64,000 bases of DNA. It comes from a virus (Duplodnaviria > Caudoviricetes). A model generated the notes under the pieces. The model was not told the DNA's origin, searched no databases, and saw nothing but the letters and a program-made list of their open reading frames with translations. The stretch is taken from IMG/VR virus record IMGVR_UViG_3300028888_000006, positions 34,614 through 98,613 of that record. One strand, written 5' to 3'. Both the position numbers and the translations under genes were made by a program. Shown piece after piece: positions 28,971 through 38,358 of this stretch (position 1 is the first letter of the stretch; each line of letters begins with the position of its first letter).

Positions 28971-29930
28971 TTAGAAGTAGAGACCATTACCAGGGAAGCC
29001 ACCGATACCAGGAGCACCATAGTAACCATTGAATCCACCCTGATAGTAACCGCCGCTCACATACGGGGTCACATTCACGGCCTGAAGATTGGGCCATTGG
29101 ACGGTAGCGGTACTAGGCTGCTTGCACTTAATGTCGTCAACCTCCTTTGCGAGAGAAGCGAGAGCAGCATTAACGGGAGCGATCGCGCTTCCGAGAACTC
29201 CTGTAGTGAAGTTCTGCGACTCCAGCTGAGCAACCTTCGCGGTAAGAGCAGTAATCTCGCGGTCCTTGCGAGAGGACTCCAGCGCATCAATCTTGTTGTC
29301 GAGAGCCAGATAGTTCCGGTTCATCGTGTCAGTGAGCGCGTAAGTCTGCTGGCAGGAAGAAAGCTGGTCGGCGGCTGACTTGGCAGCGATGGACTGCTGA
29401 ACTCCGCTGATGCCGTTCTGAATCGCATTCGTCTGCTGGCAAATCGCAAGCTGATTGTCGCAGCAGCACTTCTGGAGAGCACTCATCAGGCTCGCGTCAC
29501 CACTCTGGATGGAATTGATGATCTGAGGAACGCTCACGGCCTGCTGAAGAGCGAGGTTGGAAAGAGAGCCCTGAATGGTCTGGATAGCACCATTCACGAG
29601 GTTGAAATCCTGGCCGAGCATCGTGGACAGGCTCTGAGTCGCAGTACGGGAAGCCTCACCCTGCGAAGTGATAGCCTGCATCAGAAGGTCACGACCATTG
29701 TCATTGTTAATCTGGTTGCTCAGGAAGCCAGCACCGGCACCACCGCCAAAACCGTTTCCGAAACCACCAAATCCGCCCCAGCCGTTTCCGAAGAGAAGGC
29801 CAAGAAAGAAGCCGAGGATGCCACCACCCCAGCCATTGCCATTACCGAACAGACCGCCATTGTTCATAGCCATCCATGCGGGCACAGTACCCCCATTGTT
29901 CTCGGGGGTGTAAACTACTGTTTCAGCCAT
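28971..29930 (-). CDS. Gly-rich, coiled-coil, CCC-motif protein of unknown function
   Basis: N-terminal GGFG repeats with hydrophobic segment, Q/N heptads, CCCD, G/Y-rich C-tail. Confidence 0.85.
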   Translation of the reverse strand: MAETVVYTPENNGGTVPAWMAMNNGGLFGNGNGWGGGILGFFLGLLFGNGWGGFGGFGNGFGGGAGAGFLSNQINNDNGRDLLMQAITSQGEASRTATQSLSTMLGQDFNLVNGAIQTIQGSLSNLALQQAVSVPQIINSIQSGDASLMSALQKCCCDNQLAICQQTNAIQNGISGVQQSIAAKSAADQLSSCQQTYALTDTMNRNYLALDNKIDALESSRKDREITALTAKVAQLESQNFTTGVLGSAIAPVNAALASLAKEVDDIKCKQPSTATVQWPNLQAVNVTPYVSGGYYQGGFNGYYGAPGIGGFPGNGLYF

Positions 29931-29984
29931 TTTGCTTTAGTTTTTTGCAGTTAATTACTTTAGTTTTTTGTTGCGCAACTACTG

Positions 29985-30017
29985 CAAAATTATCATATAG
30001 GCAGGCCGAAAAACAAT
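29985..30017 (-). promoter_or_regulatory. Promoter of the CCC operon (TAATTTTG -7 element)
   Basis: TAnnTTTG at 29985-29992; ATTG about 21 nt upstream. Confidence 0.6.
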
Positions 30018-30031
30018 GATGCTCACATACG

Positions 30032-30066
30032 AAAAATCCCCCGTAGAATCACTTCTACGAGGGATT
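30032..30066 (-). terminator. Terminator after the HTH gene
   Basis: aatcccccgtagaa/ttctacgagggatt stem plus U tract on the minus strand. Confidence 0.65.
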
Positions 30067-30069
30067 GTC

Positions 30070-30087
30070 TGAGCAACATGATGCTCA
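30070..30087. promoter_or_regulatory. Palindromic operator-like site TGAGCAACATGATGCTCA, with a half-site copy at 30016-30026
   Basis: Near-perfect 18-bp palindrome; ATGATGCTCAC repeated. Confidence 0.55.
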
Positions 30088-30381
30088 CTTTATTCCATTC
30101 TTCTTCAGCTTTCTTATTTCACGTTCGGACCATTTCAGCTCCTTGCTTCCCGCTTCCGGTTCACCTCTCGGAATCTTGCCTTCGCGAACATATCTGTCGA
30201 ATGTTGCACGGCTCATATTCAAGAACGTGTATGCTTGATACTTATTCCACTTGTTATCCTTCCTTGTATATCTTTGGAGGCATTTGATAATTTTGATTTG
30301 CTCCTCTTCACTGGCGTTGCTATTGTCGGCATCAATGTCGTCAACGATTCCAAGAAGAAGCTTCTTTATTGTTTGCAGCAT
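30085..30381 (-). CDS. HTH (AlpA/excisionase-like) DNA-binding protein
   Basis: KYQAYTFLNMSRATFDRYVREGKIPRG...W; likely start MLQTIKK. Confidence 0.75.
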   Translation of the reverse strand: MLQTIKKLLLGIVDDIDADNSNASEEEQIKIIKCLQRYTRKDNKWNKYQAYTFLNMSRATFDRYVREGKIPRGEPEAGSKELKWSEREIRKLKKNGIK

Positions 30382-30758
30382 TTCTCTTTTCGATAGAAAT
30401 ATAAAACAAGAAATAAAAACAATCCAAGAAGAATGACGTGTGTACACATTAGCGCATAATTGGATATCGGTATACCGAATTCAAAATCAATTACACTGAT
30501 CGTGTTCGTCAAAAGAACATAATGCAAAAACATTCTATGATATGCGCAAAACTGAAACACATATGAAGCGAGATATAGAAATGCAATGGTGAGTAATGAG
30601 ATGCCTCCGAAATACGATATCCAATGGCATTCAAGCCCAAGGAATCCAATTACAGTATTAGCGATATCAAGTAGGGCGAGAAGCATCGGGATTATCTTCA
30701 ACGACACCAACACCGCTTTATACAGAGCCTTTCTTCTTAACGCGCCCGCCTTTACCAT
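30366..30758 (-). CDS. Four-TM membrane protein
   Basis: Hydrophobic segments; FQFCAYHRMFLHY. Confidence 0.7.
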   Translation of the reverse strand: MVKAGALRRKALYKAVLVSLKIIPMLLALLDIANTVIGFLGLECHWISYFGGISLLTIAFLYLASYVFQFCAYHRMFLHYVLLTNTISVIDFEFGIPISNYALMCTHVILLGLFLFLVLYFYRKEKCCKQ

Positions 30759-30840
30759 ATTCCGCTTTGCTTACACCGGATTTCATGACATTTGGCTTAG
30801 GCCTTCCGCCTGGTTGTTTCTTTGGTTTCTTGTCAGCCAT
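30718..30840 (-). CDS. 40-aa basic peptide with YGKGG motif
   Basis: Hand-translated MADKKPKKQPGGRPKPNVMKSGVSKAEYGKGGRVKKKGSV; below ORF-track cutoff. Confidence 0.55.
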   Translation of the reverse strand: MADKKPKKQPGGRPKPNVMKSGVSKAEYGKGGRVKKKGSV

Positions 30841-30847
30841 GGTACAC

Positions 30848-31138
30848 TTATTTAATTACCCAGAGCGCAACCGTTCCAACGATATCGTAGGCGAGCCTAA
30901 GATACCATTTGATCTCATAATTTAAGTCACAGTCAGCAGTCTTGGTCCTACGTATCCCAAGCGCATAGGCCAGATTATGCGAAGCCCATTCATGGATGAG
31001 CGACTTCTCGGATCTTCCCCACACGGGACAAGCCGGATAGAGACTACGTATTCTACGCAATTCCGATCCGAACTTGCCCTTGGGGATTTCATGCGAACCG
31101 ACCAGCTTAAGCCGATCATGAAGAATTTTGAATGTCAT
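30848..31138 (-). CDS. Hypothetical protein
   Basis: HEWASHNLAY motif. Confidence 0.6.
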   Translation of the reverse strand: MTFKILHDRLKLVGSHEIPKGKFGSELRRIRSLYPACPVWGRSEKSLIHEWASHNLAYALGIRRTKTADCDLNYEIKWYLRLAYDIVGTVALWVIK

Positions 31139-31380
31139 TCCTCTTCCTTGTCTTTATTCTTCTTGTCGTAGATGAGATGGTAGAAGAATTGGCTCAAGGT
31201 GTAGCACAGAGCCTCAACACCGACAATTATGCAGAGAGTCATGACGACCCACTTGCCAATTTCCTCCCAGATATTCGCCTCTACAACCCTGCCGAAGCAG
31301 AGACCACAGATTAGCATGATGACGGCAACGGCTACAGCCGTCCAAAGCATGAAACGCTTGCAAAATGTCTTGATGTCCAT
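31135..31380 (-). CDS. Two-TM membrane protein
   Basis: Two hydrophobic helices, charged tail. Confidence 0.6.
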   Translation of the reverse strand: MDIKTFCKRFMLWTAVAVAVIMLICGLCFGRVVEANIWEEIGKWVVMTLCIIVGVEALCYTLSQFFYHLIYDKKNKDKEEE

Positions 31381-31401
31381 AATAGTATTGAATTATAGTT
31401 G

Positions 31402-34400
31402 TTATAATTGGTTCATCGGGATTAAATAGTCCGGGTTTGCACCTTGGGAATTCTTATAATTCCACCATGTATCAAGAGATGAAGACAATGACGACCAATT
31501 ACTATTTGATTGATATTGGGCGAGGATAGCATCATCTTCGGATTGGGAGTTTCCGGGGCCGACATAAATCTTTGTCGCATAATTTAGTCCAGTGGTTGTC
31601 GGATTGCACGAAACAACACTACTACGACCCAAATGTATGATTCTGTTAACCGTGTTTCTTGTGAAAATCTTATTTGTGCTCGTAATATCCCCTATTACTT
31701 CAAAAAACGGTGAGTGGTTTGCGCCAAGAAGACCAGTATTCGAGCCGCCGGAACAATTTCCACCGATTCTTAATTGCTCATTATCGCCACCCCAATAAGT
31801 AGCAATTGTAGAAACCCTCAAATCGCCAAGAATAACTAATTTACGATACTTGCCCCTTGCAGAACCACCACCAGAACTTCCGGTCAAATCTCCGTCGATA
31901 ATAATATCACATACGGATTCCGTCAACCCAACACCAATAAAGGTATTCATGGTAGCACCAGTATTCGTTGGCTTGATTTTTACTCTCTCAATTGGTGTTC
32001 CATAAAAAACTTCATTTCCATAAGAACAAGCGCATGAATTTTCAAAACCAAGTAGATTCGTATCCCTAAAAGCACTATTGCCGATACTTGACACATAAGA
32101 TAATGACATGCGCCCGCCCAATAACGAACAACCTTGGAAAGCACTTTGGCCGATAGTCGTGATATTCTCGTGAATGGTTACGGAGGAAATACCATTCGAA
32201 CGATAGAATGCATATTGCTTTATCTCCGTGATACTTTGAGGAATAACTACATTCGTCAACTTCGCGTTGGACAAATAAACGTCCCCGCCATTCGAATTCC
32301 CCGCAAAAGGATGGCCATTGGACGTGTTCCACGTGCAATTCAAGTATTGAACAAGGTCCGTGATGTCTATTCTTTCAAGGGCCGAGTCATTAATAAACGC
32401 ACCCGTGGATGTTGTTATCACAGACTGAATACCTATTGTGGTAAGACTGCTACAATTCGCAAATCCGTAGTTTCCAATGCTCGTCAAGGAGGCGGGAAGG
32501 GTTATTCTGAGCATGTTTGAACAATTGCCGAAACCCGCGCCCCCGGCGGTTGCTGCCGATGTTATGCTCGTTACTCCGGTGAAGTATTTGAACTCATCAA
32601 AAGAAGTAATTGATGTGTTTCCTTTGAATGCGGTTCCGGCCTGTGTGTTTGTTACAGCGGCGGCTTGTTGTAAGGTTATTATTCCATTTGCGCCCCAATT
32701 CGATACGCAGATACTCTCCGCCGCCGCATCCACGAATCGGATAGCGAGTGTGGCCGGGTCGTAGATAATATAAAGGCTTGTACCGAACAAATTGGAGAGA
32801 GCCTTCTTCAATCCCGTTCCATAGTCTTCGGTAGAGATGATATCAAGCACGTCAAGGTCGTCCGCATAGAGTTCACTAATTTGTGTAGTACCTTCCACAT
32901 CGGGCAGGCCCGCTTCGGTTCCGGGTGTGTTGTTCTCAAAGGTGACACGCCCCGCAAGCGTAGCAAGAGTTCTAATCGTGGTGGCATTACCTTGAATGAT
33001 ACCGTTCCAAATCAAGGTCGCATAGGCAAGGGTATTGCCCGTGGTTCCCAAGATACTTCCGGCGATGGCGAGCGGATTGATGCTCGCACAATTGTTTATA
33101 TAGAGATTGACGATTTTGTCAAGCGAAGGTAAGGTTAAGTGCCCATTATCCAAGAACGGGAGCGAGTGCATGAACACCGTTGTCGCGTTGTCGGGGAAAG
33201 ACACATTGTTCAACTTCGCGCCTACCGGGAGGTAGAGACCGGATGCGCCGGAGCCAGCAAAGAGGCAAGTCCGCAAACGCGGGCAACCGAGAAGGTCAAC
33301 CGTGTTGCCAATGGTCGCGGTGTTCCGCGCATCAAGGGTGACAAGGGTTGGCGAGGTGACACCGAACACCGTGGCATTGAATCCGGTCGTGGAGGTATCC
33401 CAAGGGGTTGCGTCGCCGATTTTCAAGGTTTGGAGTCTTGCCCCAGTAACGGAGAACGGAATGGAGGATGAGCCACCACGGTTGGTAAGTCTCATCAAGT
33501 GCAAGTCTCCGAGGGAGGCAAGCCAATCGCCACCGTGAATGGAGTTGTTGGACGTACCATCGGACGCGGTATAGAGACTCACGCTCGTTCCCGCAGGAGT
33601 TCTCGTACCTACCGTGTCATCATCGACGAGTGAGGTGACTGGGTATAGGTCGATAGCCGGGGTAAGTTCAAAAGTGAACGATTGTGCGAGGGTGAACACG
33701 ATTGCGTTGTAACCCGTTGCCGTCCCGTGGAAAGCACCGATATGATACTTCGAGAAGATATAGGCGATTCGCCGATACATCCATAACTTCTCGCCTTGGT
33801 ACTGGTCGCCAAGGGCCTGTGTCAGAGGAGCGACACCATTATAGAGTTCCGGGTAGGTCTCGCTCGTTCCGGGGATGGTAGTTCCGGCCAACAACCACGG
33901 TTCAATGTAAGACCAACGGCGGTCGGATTCGTAGATGGTAGCGGGGAAATACTTCGCCGAGTGGTCCCAACAATGGTATGCGGTAAGGTTGAACAAGGAC
34001 TCGTGCTCGCCACTACCAGCGATTCCGAGTGCGGTGGCAAGAGCCGTAGCCGCAGATGCGATTTGTCCCATCATCGCACGGCACTCGTCCTCGTAGTTCG
34101 TCTTAATGAGCATCCACAAGGCCGCATCGCCGCCTTGGAAGATTTGCACGCCATCGAAGGTGTCCAAGTGTTCCACGGAGTAGGATTTCGTGTTCGTACC
34201 GTTGTTGTCAGTCATCAACACGGAGTCAAGGTCATCCTGCCTCCACCCCCAACGGTTTCCAACGCCGGATGCGCTCAAGGCTTGGAACTTGAACGGGTAG
34301 GAGTTCTTCGCATAGTTATCCGTCACGCCATAGAGGAGGCAGAAGCAGTAGTGGTAAATCGTCTGGTTCACGGAGAAGTAGTTTCCCATCGTCGCCTTGA

Positions 34401-37400
34401 ACCTTGCCCCTCTCGCTTGGATGAGTTGTGCAGTGGTCGGGGACGAGGTGCTATATCCGAGCGCGGAGAGATAGGCGGTCAAGTCGGTAAGAGCGTTCTT
34501 CTTGCCAGCATAGGAAGCCGGAAGTTTCTCGTACTTCCCGGTAGAACGGCGGTAGAAATAGAGGTCATAGGACGAGTCATAGAAAGCGATGAACTCGTTC
34601 TTGACAATCATATTATTTGTCTTGCCCTCCTTGACGACAGCCGCGTTCCCAACGGTCAAGAGGTCCGCGAGTGTAGTGATGCTCGGATTATTGAGGCCGT
34701 TAATGACCTCTTGGTAGGAGGCAAGGTACGGGGAGTTGTCGTAGACGCAATTGTACGCTGGCTGCCACTCCGCATTGTAAAGCGAGAGGATGTTATCCCA
34801 ATCGGTCTGCGTGCCCTTGTCACGGCTCGTTTCAAACTTCACATAGTCGCAATCCCATCCTTCCTCTCCGCCATAGGTGAGCGTTTCCTCGTCCGGGTCG
34901 TAGGCCACATCCACCCAAGGGCACAAGAACCGCGTCCCTCTCGGCGCGTGGTTCGGGCCTTCGATGGACAACAAGTTAGGGTAGGAGGACGAGTAGCCAA
35001 AGGTCTTCTTCGAGCCCTTGTCCGGGCCACAAGTGTAAACACCGATGAACTCGTATTGGTTGTTCGTGGTGTTGTATTGGAAACCGATGAACGGGAATTG
35101 ATACACCGCAACACGGTAGGACTGGTCAGGAAGTTCGGCATCGAGTCCGATTTGGTGGAACAGGTCATTGTACAATCCCGTCAAGCCCATCTTGTGACCC
35201 TGTGGCGAGGATGCGATGTTCTTCTTCGCGGTGATTCTATCAACCTCAATGTAATTGGTGTCGTTAATCATCCGACCAACCTTGCTATTAGCGGTAGTCG
35301 TTCCATCGCCGTAAGTCCAAGTCGTATTGCTCCCGGTTTTCCACCGAAGATTCCAACGGTAGTATTTCTTGGATGTCGTACCTTGACCGTCCATCGTGAG
35401 GTTGGAAACCGTTGCGTTCTTGGTTGCTTGCCCGGCATACTCAAAGCGGACGGTACACCCGGCAATCTCGACCTTGTTGAAGAAGGACGGAATGGCGGCA
35501 TTGTTTGGGGTGGTGATAACCATCGTATTGAACCCAGCCCTCTTGACGAGTTCGTAATCGACGGCCTCGCCCAAGAGGACATCGTTCTTCGCGTTCAAGT
35601 CGGAACGGTTGTAGTCAACGCCGTCAATGATGCTGTTCAAGAAGTTATTGAACACCGCGTTTGATTCAAGCGCGGAGCCGTATATCCTCATCTTGTAGAG
35701 ATATGTGTCCGTGTGTGATTGTCCGATAGTGAGGCTACCGTTTCCGAAGGAAGAAGCACCATCAAAGGCAAAGTTCACGTTGGAAATACCATTCACATAC
35801 ACCGAGCAAATGTTCTTTCCGCTTTGCCCTTCGTAACCCTTCAAGAAGGTTATGCAGATGTGCGTCATCGTGTTCTCCGAGAAGTTGACGGTTTGGTAGT
35901 CCTGGTCCCGTTCCGCGCTACCCCACACGGTAATCTTCGTGGGATAGATAAGAATACCTACCTGGGTTGCGCCACCGGATGAGAGCGACAACACAGGCTC
36001 GGAATAATCGGACGGGGAGCCACATTGTAACATGAATTCCACCGTCATACCTGGATAGGATGACATCAAACTCAATGGAGTAAGGCTCGGAATGGTAACG
36101 CCACACCCGGCTGGGACACAAAGGGCCTTGTTGCCAGACGGGTCGGTGGACCAACCGTCATTGTACCAAGAAAGACCGCTCCAATTAGCGGAGTAGGTGG
36201 CGGCGAAATTCGCAGATGCACCCGCTTCGTTTATGATGGTTTCGTGATTTTCGGTCCCGTTGTCCCTCGTCGCCGCATTGAGATAGAATAGGTAGCCCGG
36301 AGTGGCGATATAGGAATAGGTGTTGTCGAAGATAGTAGAAGCGGTCTGCGCGTTCTGCGGATGCGTTTCGTTGAAATAAGGCATGACCGCTATGGCGAGA
36401 GAGCCAATCTTCGTCTCATTCGCTCCAGTGTCCACTTCAAGGGAATAGGCAAATGGATATTGAATCCCAGTCTCGCGTTCGGTGGCCACAACGCCCGAAG
36501 CAATGACATAGTTGACGGAGTTGAGGGTTGCGGACATATCAATGGAAACCTTGTTCGCATTGTAGACCGCATAGGAGAATATCGTTCCGCTCGTAAAGTT
36601 GTATGCGCGGTCGGAGATGGCATTGATGGCGACCAAAGGAGTAGTATCCCCGCTTGCCGCACACATGATATTGTATGAGACGACGGGGGTGGAAACGCCC
36701 TGTGCACTCATCCACAACTTAATCGAGTGGACCGCGCTTCCGCCTGACGGGAATGCGCTCGCCGGGATTGTATAGAAAGTGGCGGTCGTGGTGTACGATT
36801 GGTTAGCAGAATAGGTGACGGGGGTAAGTTCGACATTATCCAACGACACGTGCAGTTGCTTGACCAAGTTGCCCGCAAAGCGGATGCCCGTAATAACGTA
36901 GTCTTGCCCTTGCGTCCACACATTTTGCCACATGTGATTGCAAGACATCGTGAGAGTCGTGAGGGTTCCCGTAAACACGGATGTCTTGGTTTGACCGGAG
37001 GACGTGCCGGTCACGGCGATACGAATGTAGTTGTCGCCCGTGGCAAGGAAAGGCTTGATATCGAATGTGGCACTTCCACCAACTGGGATAGAGCCAACCA
37101 CGCGGTCGATATAACCCGAACCGGAGTTCACGGCAACCACATAGGTGTAGGACTCAGGGAACGGCTCTTGCGTGGACGAGCCGAAGGACGACACCGTAGT
37201 GGACGGGGTAATGGTCATCATCTTCGTCGCCTCATCCGCAAGGACATAAAAAACTTGCGAGAGGTTGCTATCAACCGAGATGGTGTAGATTTGACCGCCA
37301 AGTTGGACGGAACCGAGTACCGTTCCTCCTTGCTCATCGTAGAAGGAAATCGTCATCGTTTGCGTGTTGAAATCAACGTACCCAAACTTGTCGCCCACCG

Positions 37401-37497
37401 ATGCAGCCAACGCGGTCAATTGCGACTTGATGAAAGACTCAACCTCCAAGCCGGAGTGCCCGGCCCACGCTTCTGTTAGATTTTGAATATTTGCCAT
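31402..37497 (-). CDS. 2031-aa putative receptor-binding protein: LamG-like + CotH-kinase-like + LRR
   Basis: TVEF...HICITF..YVNG..LYKMRIY; QGTTSKKY...DNYAKN...DDLDS; BspA-type repeats (LPASLTSIGNYGFANCSSL). Confidence 0.75.
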   Translation of the reverse strand: MANIQNLTEAWAGHSGLEVESFIKSQLTALAASVGDKFGYVDFNTQTMTISFYDEQGGTVLGSVQLGGQIYTISVDSNLSQVFYVLADEATKMMTITPSTTVSSFGSSTQEPFPESYTYVVAVNSGSGYIDRVVGSIPVGGSATFDIKPFLATGDNYIRIAVTGTSSGQTKTSVFTGTLTTLTMSCNHMWQNVWTQGQDYVITGIRFAGNLVKQLHVSLDNVELTPVTYSANQSYTTTATFYTIPASAFPSGGSAVHSIKLWMSAQGVSTPVVSYNIMCAASGDTTPLVAINAISDRAYNFTSGTIFSYAVYNANKVSIDMSATLNSVNYVIASGVVATERETGIQYPFAYSLEVDTGANETKIGSLAIAVMPYFNETHPQNAQTASTIFDNTYSYIATPGYLFYLNAATRDNGTENHETIINEAGASANFAATYSANWSGLSWYNDGWSTDPSGNKALCVPAGCGVTIPSLTPLSLMSSYPGMTVEFMLQCGSPSDYSEPVLSLSSGGATQVGILIYPTKITVWGSAERDQDYQTVNFSENTMTHICITFLKGYEGQSGKNICSVYVNGISNVNFAFDGASSFGNGSLTIGQSHTDTYLYKMRIYGSALESNAVFNNFLNSIIDGVDYNRSDLNAKNDVLLGEAVDYELVKRAGFNTMVITTPNNAAIPSFFNKVEIAGCTVRFEYAGQATKNATVSNLTMDGQGTTSKKYYRWNLRWKTGSNTTWTYGDGTTTANSKVGRMINDTNYIEVDRITAKKNIASSPQGHKMGLTGLYNDLFHQIGLDAELPDQSYRVAVYQFPFIGFQYNTTNNQYEFIGVYTCGPDKGSKKTFGYSSSYPNLLSIEGPNHAPRGTRFLCPWVDVAYDPDEETLTYGGEEGWDCDYVKFETSRDKGTQTDWDNILSLYNAEWQPAYNCVYDNSPYLASYQEVINGLNNPSITTLADLLTVGNAAVVKEGKTNNMIVKNEFIAFYDSSYDLYFYRRSTGKYEKLPASYAGKKNALTDLTAYLSALGYSTSSPTTAQLIQARGARFKATMGNYFSVNQTIYHYCFCLLYGVTDNYAKNSYPFKFQALSASGVGNRWGWRQDDLDSVLMTDNNGTNTKSYSVEHLDTFDGVQIFQGGDAALWMLIKTNYEDECRAMMGQIASAATALATALGIAGSGEHESLFNLTAYHCWDHSAKYFPATIYESDRRWSYIEPWLLAGTTIPGTSETYPELYNGVAPLTQALGDQYQGEKLWMYRRIAYIFSKYHIGAFHGTATGYNAIVFTLAQSFTFELTPAIDLYPVTSLVDDDTVGTRTPAGTSVSLYTASDGTSNNSIHGGDWLASLGDLHLMRLTNRGGSSSIPFSVTGARLQTLKIGDATPWDTSTTGFNATVFGVTSPTLVTLDARNTATIGNTVDLLGCPRLRTCLFAGSGASGLYLPVGAKLNNVSFPDNATTVFMHSLPFLDNGHLTLPSLDKIVNLYINNCASINPLAIAGSILGTTGNTLAYATLIWNGIIQGNATTIRTLATLAGRVTFENNTPGTEAGLPDVEGTTQISELYADDLDVLDIISTEDYGTGLKKALSNLFGTSLYIIYDPATLAIRFVDAAAESICVSNWGANGIITLQQAAAVTNTQAGTAFKGNTSITSFDEFKYFTGVTSITSAATAGGAGFGNCSNMLRITLPASLTSIGNYGFANCSSLTTIGIQSVITTSTGAFINDSALERIDITDLVQYLNCTWNTSNGHPFAGNSNGGDVYLSNAKLTNVVIPQSITEIKQYAFYRSNGISSVTIHENITTIGQSAFQGCSLLGGRMSLSYVSSIGNSAFRDTNLLGFENSCACSYGNEVFYGTPIERVKIKPTNTGATMNTFIGVGLTESVCDIIIDGDLTGSSGGGSARGKYRKLVILGDLRVSTIATYWGGDNEQLRIGGNCSGGSNTGLLGANHSPFFEVIGDITSTNKIFTRNTVNRIIHLGRSSVVSCNPTTTGLNYATKIYVGPGNSQSEDDAILAQYQSNSNWSSLSSSLDTWWNYKNSQGANPDYLIPMNQL

Positions 37498-37500
37498 ATG

Positions 37501-37692
37501 CTATCCGTTATTTTTCCAAATATCATTGTCAACCCATTTCTTGTTTGGAATCCAAATTCCTCGACCGTAACAAGAGCCGTTTTGCCACACTAACTTATCC
37601 CCGCGATATACCTCTTGAACCACCGCCCATTTTCCGTTTATAAGAAACCTATAACGGCCCAACAACGGAATCGTTCCACCCTTAAAAATCAT
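37501..37692 (-). CDS. 63-aa Trp-rich adaptor peptide (copy 2)
   Basis: SCYGRGIW...W.D.D.WK; paralog of 42057..42248. Confidence 0.7.
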   Translation of the reverse strand: MIFKGGTIPLLGRYRFLINGKWAVVQEVYRGDKLVWQNGSCYGRGIWIPNKKWVDNDIWKNNG

Positions 37693-38357
37693 ATAATATC
37701 CTCCTCGTAGACGTTGTATGTTACATTGGGGTCTTTGTAAGTCAATACCTCGAACGCTTGTTGGGTAAGCCAAACCTCCGAGTCCTTTCTCACATAGTCA
37801 TCCATGTCTATCGTAGTCGAACCAAGAGGCATCCACCCGTAACCATTTGATGTTGACGAGCAGAGGTATCTCAAATAACTTGAACCGCCATCATCACCAA
37901 CAAGAAAAATAGTATTCACATTGGACGATGATGCCGCAAGTGTCCCGGTGTATGTCTCCCCGCCGTATGTAACGACGCACACATTTGGAATACTCGCAAC
38001 ATTAGGAGTTGAAACACCGTCCCACGCGATAGAGTATTTGGGCGTAATGATGCTGGACATGCGGCTTTCAATATCCTCGACGATTTCGACAAGGTTATCA
38101 ACTTGTCCGGACGTTGTAACCATATCCTCGTTGGAGGCAGCGGCGATATTGGTCCGGGCTTGTTGCTTTTGCGCATTGGTAAGAGTTTGGCTCGCGTAGG
38201 AAACCGCATTTAATTCCAAGTCCCCTCCACCCAAAACCGACTGCCCTTCGACGGTCTTGATGTTCATACTCGAAACAAGGGTGTCTTGCTTCGCGGTAAG
38301 CAATGCCTTGAGTTTATTCCAAAAATAACTCAGGCCGTTGTAGTCCAAAACTTTCAT
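37689..38357 (-). CDS. Fibre segment
   Basis: LDYNGLSYFW start, KQDTLVS..NIKTVEGQSVLG, QTLTNAQKQQARTNI. Confidence 0.7.
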   Translation of the reverse strand: MKVLDYNGLSYFWNKLKALLTAKQDTLVSSMNIKTVEGQSVLGGGDLELNAVSYASQTLTNAQKQQARTNIAAASNEDMVTTSGQVDNLVEIVEDIESRMSSIITPKYSIAWDGVSTPNVASIPNVCVVTYGGETYTGTLAASSSNVNTIFLVGDDGGSSYLRYLCSSTSNGYGWMPLGSTTIDMDDYVRKDSEVWLTQQAFEVLTYKDPNVTYNVYEEDII

Positions 38358-38358
38358 A

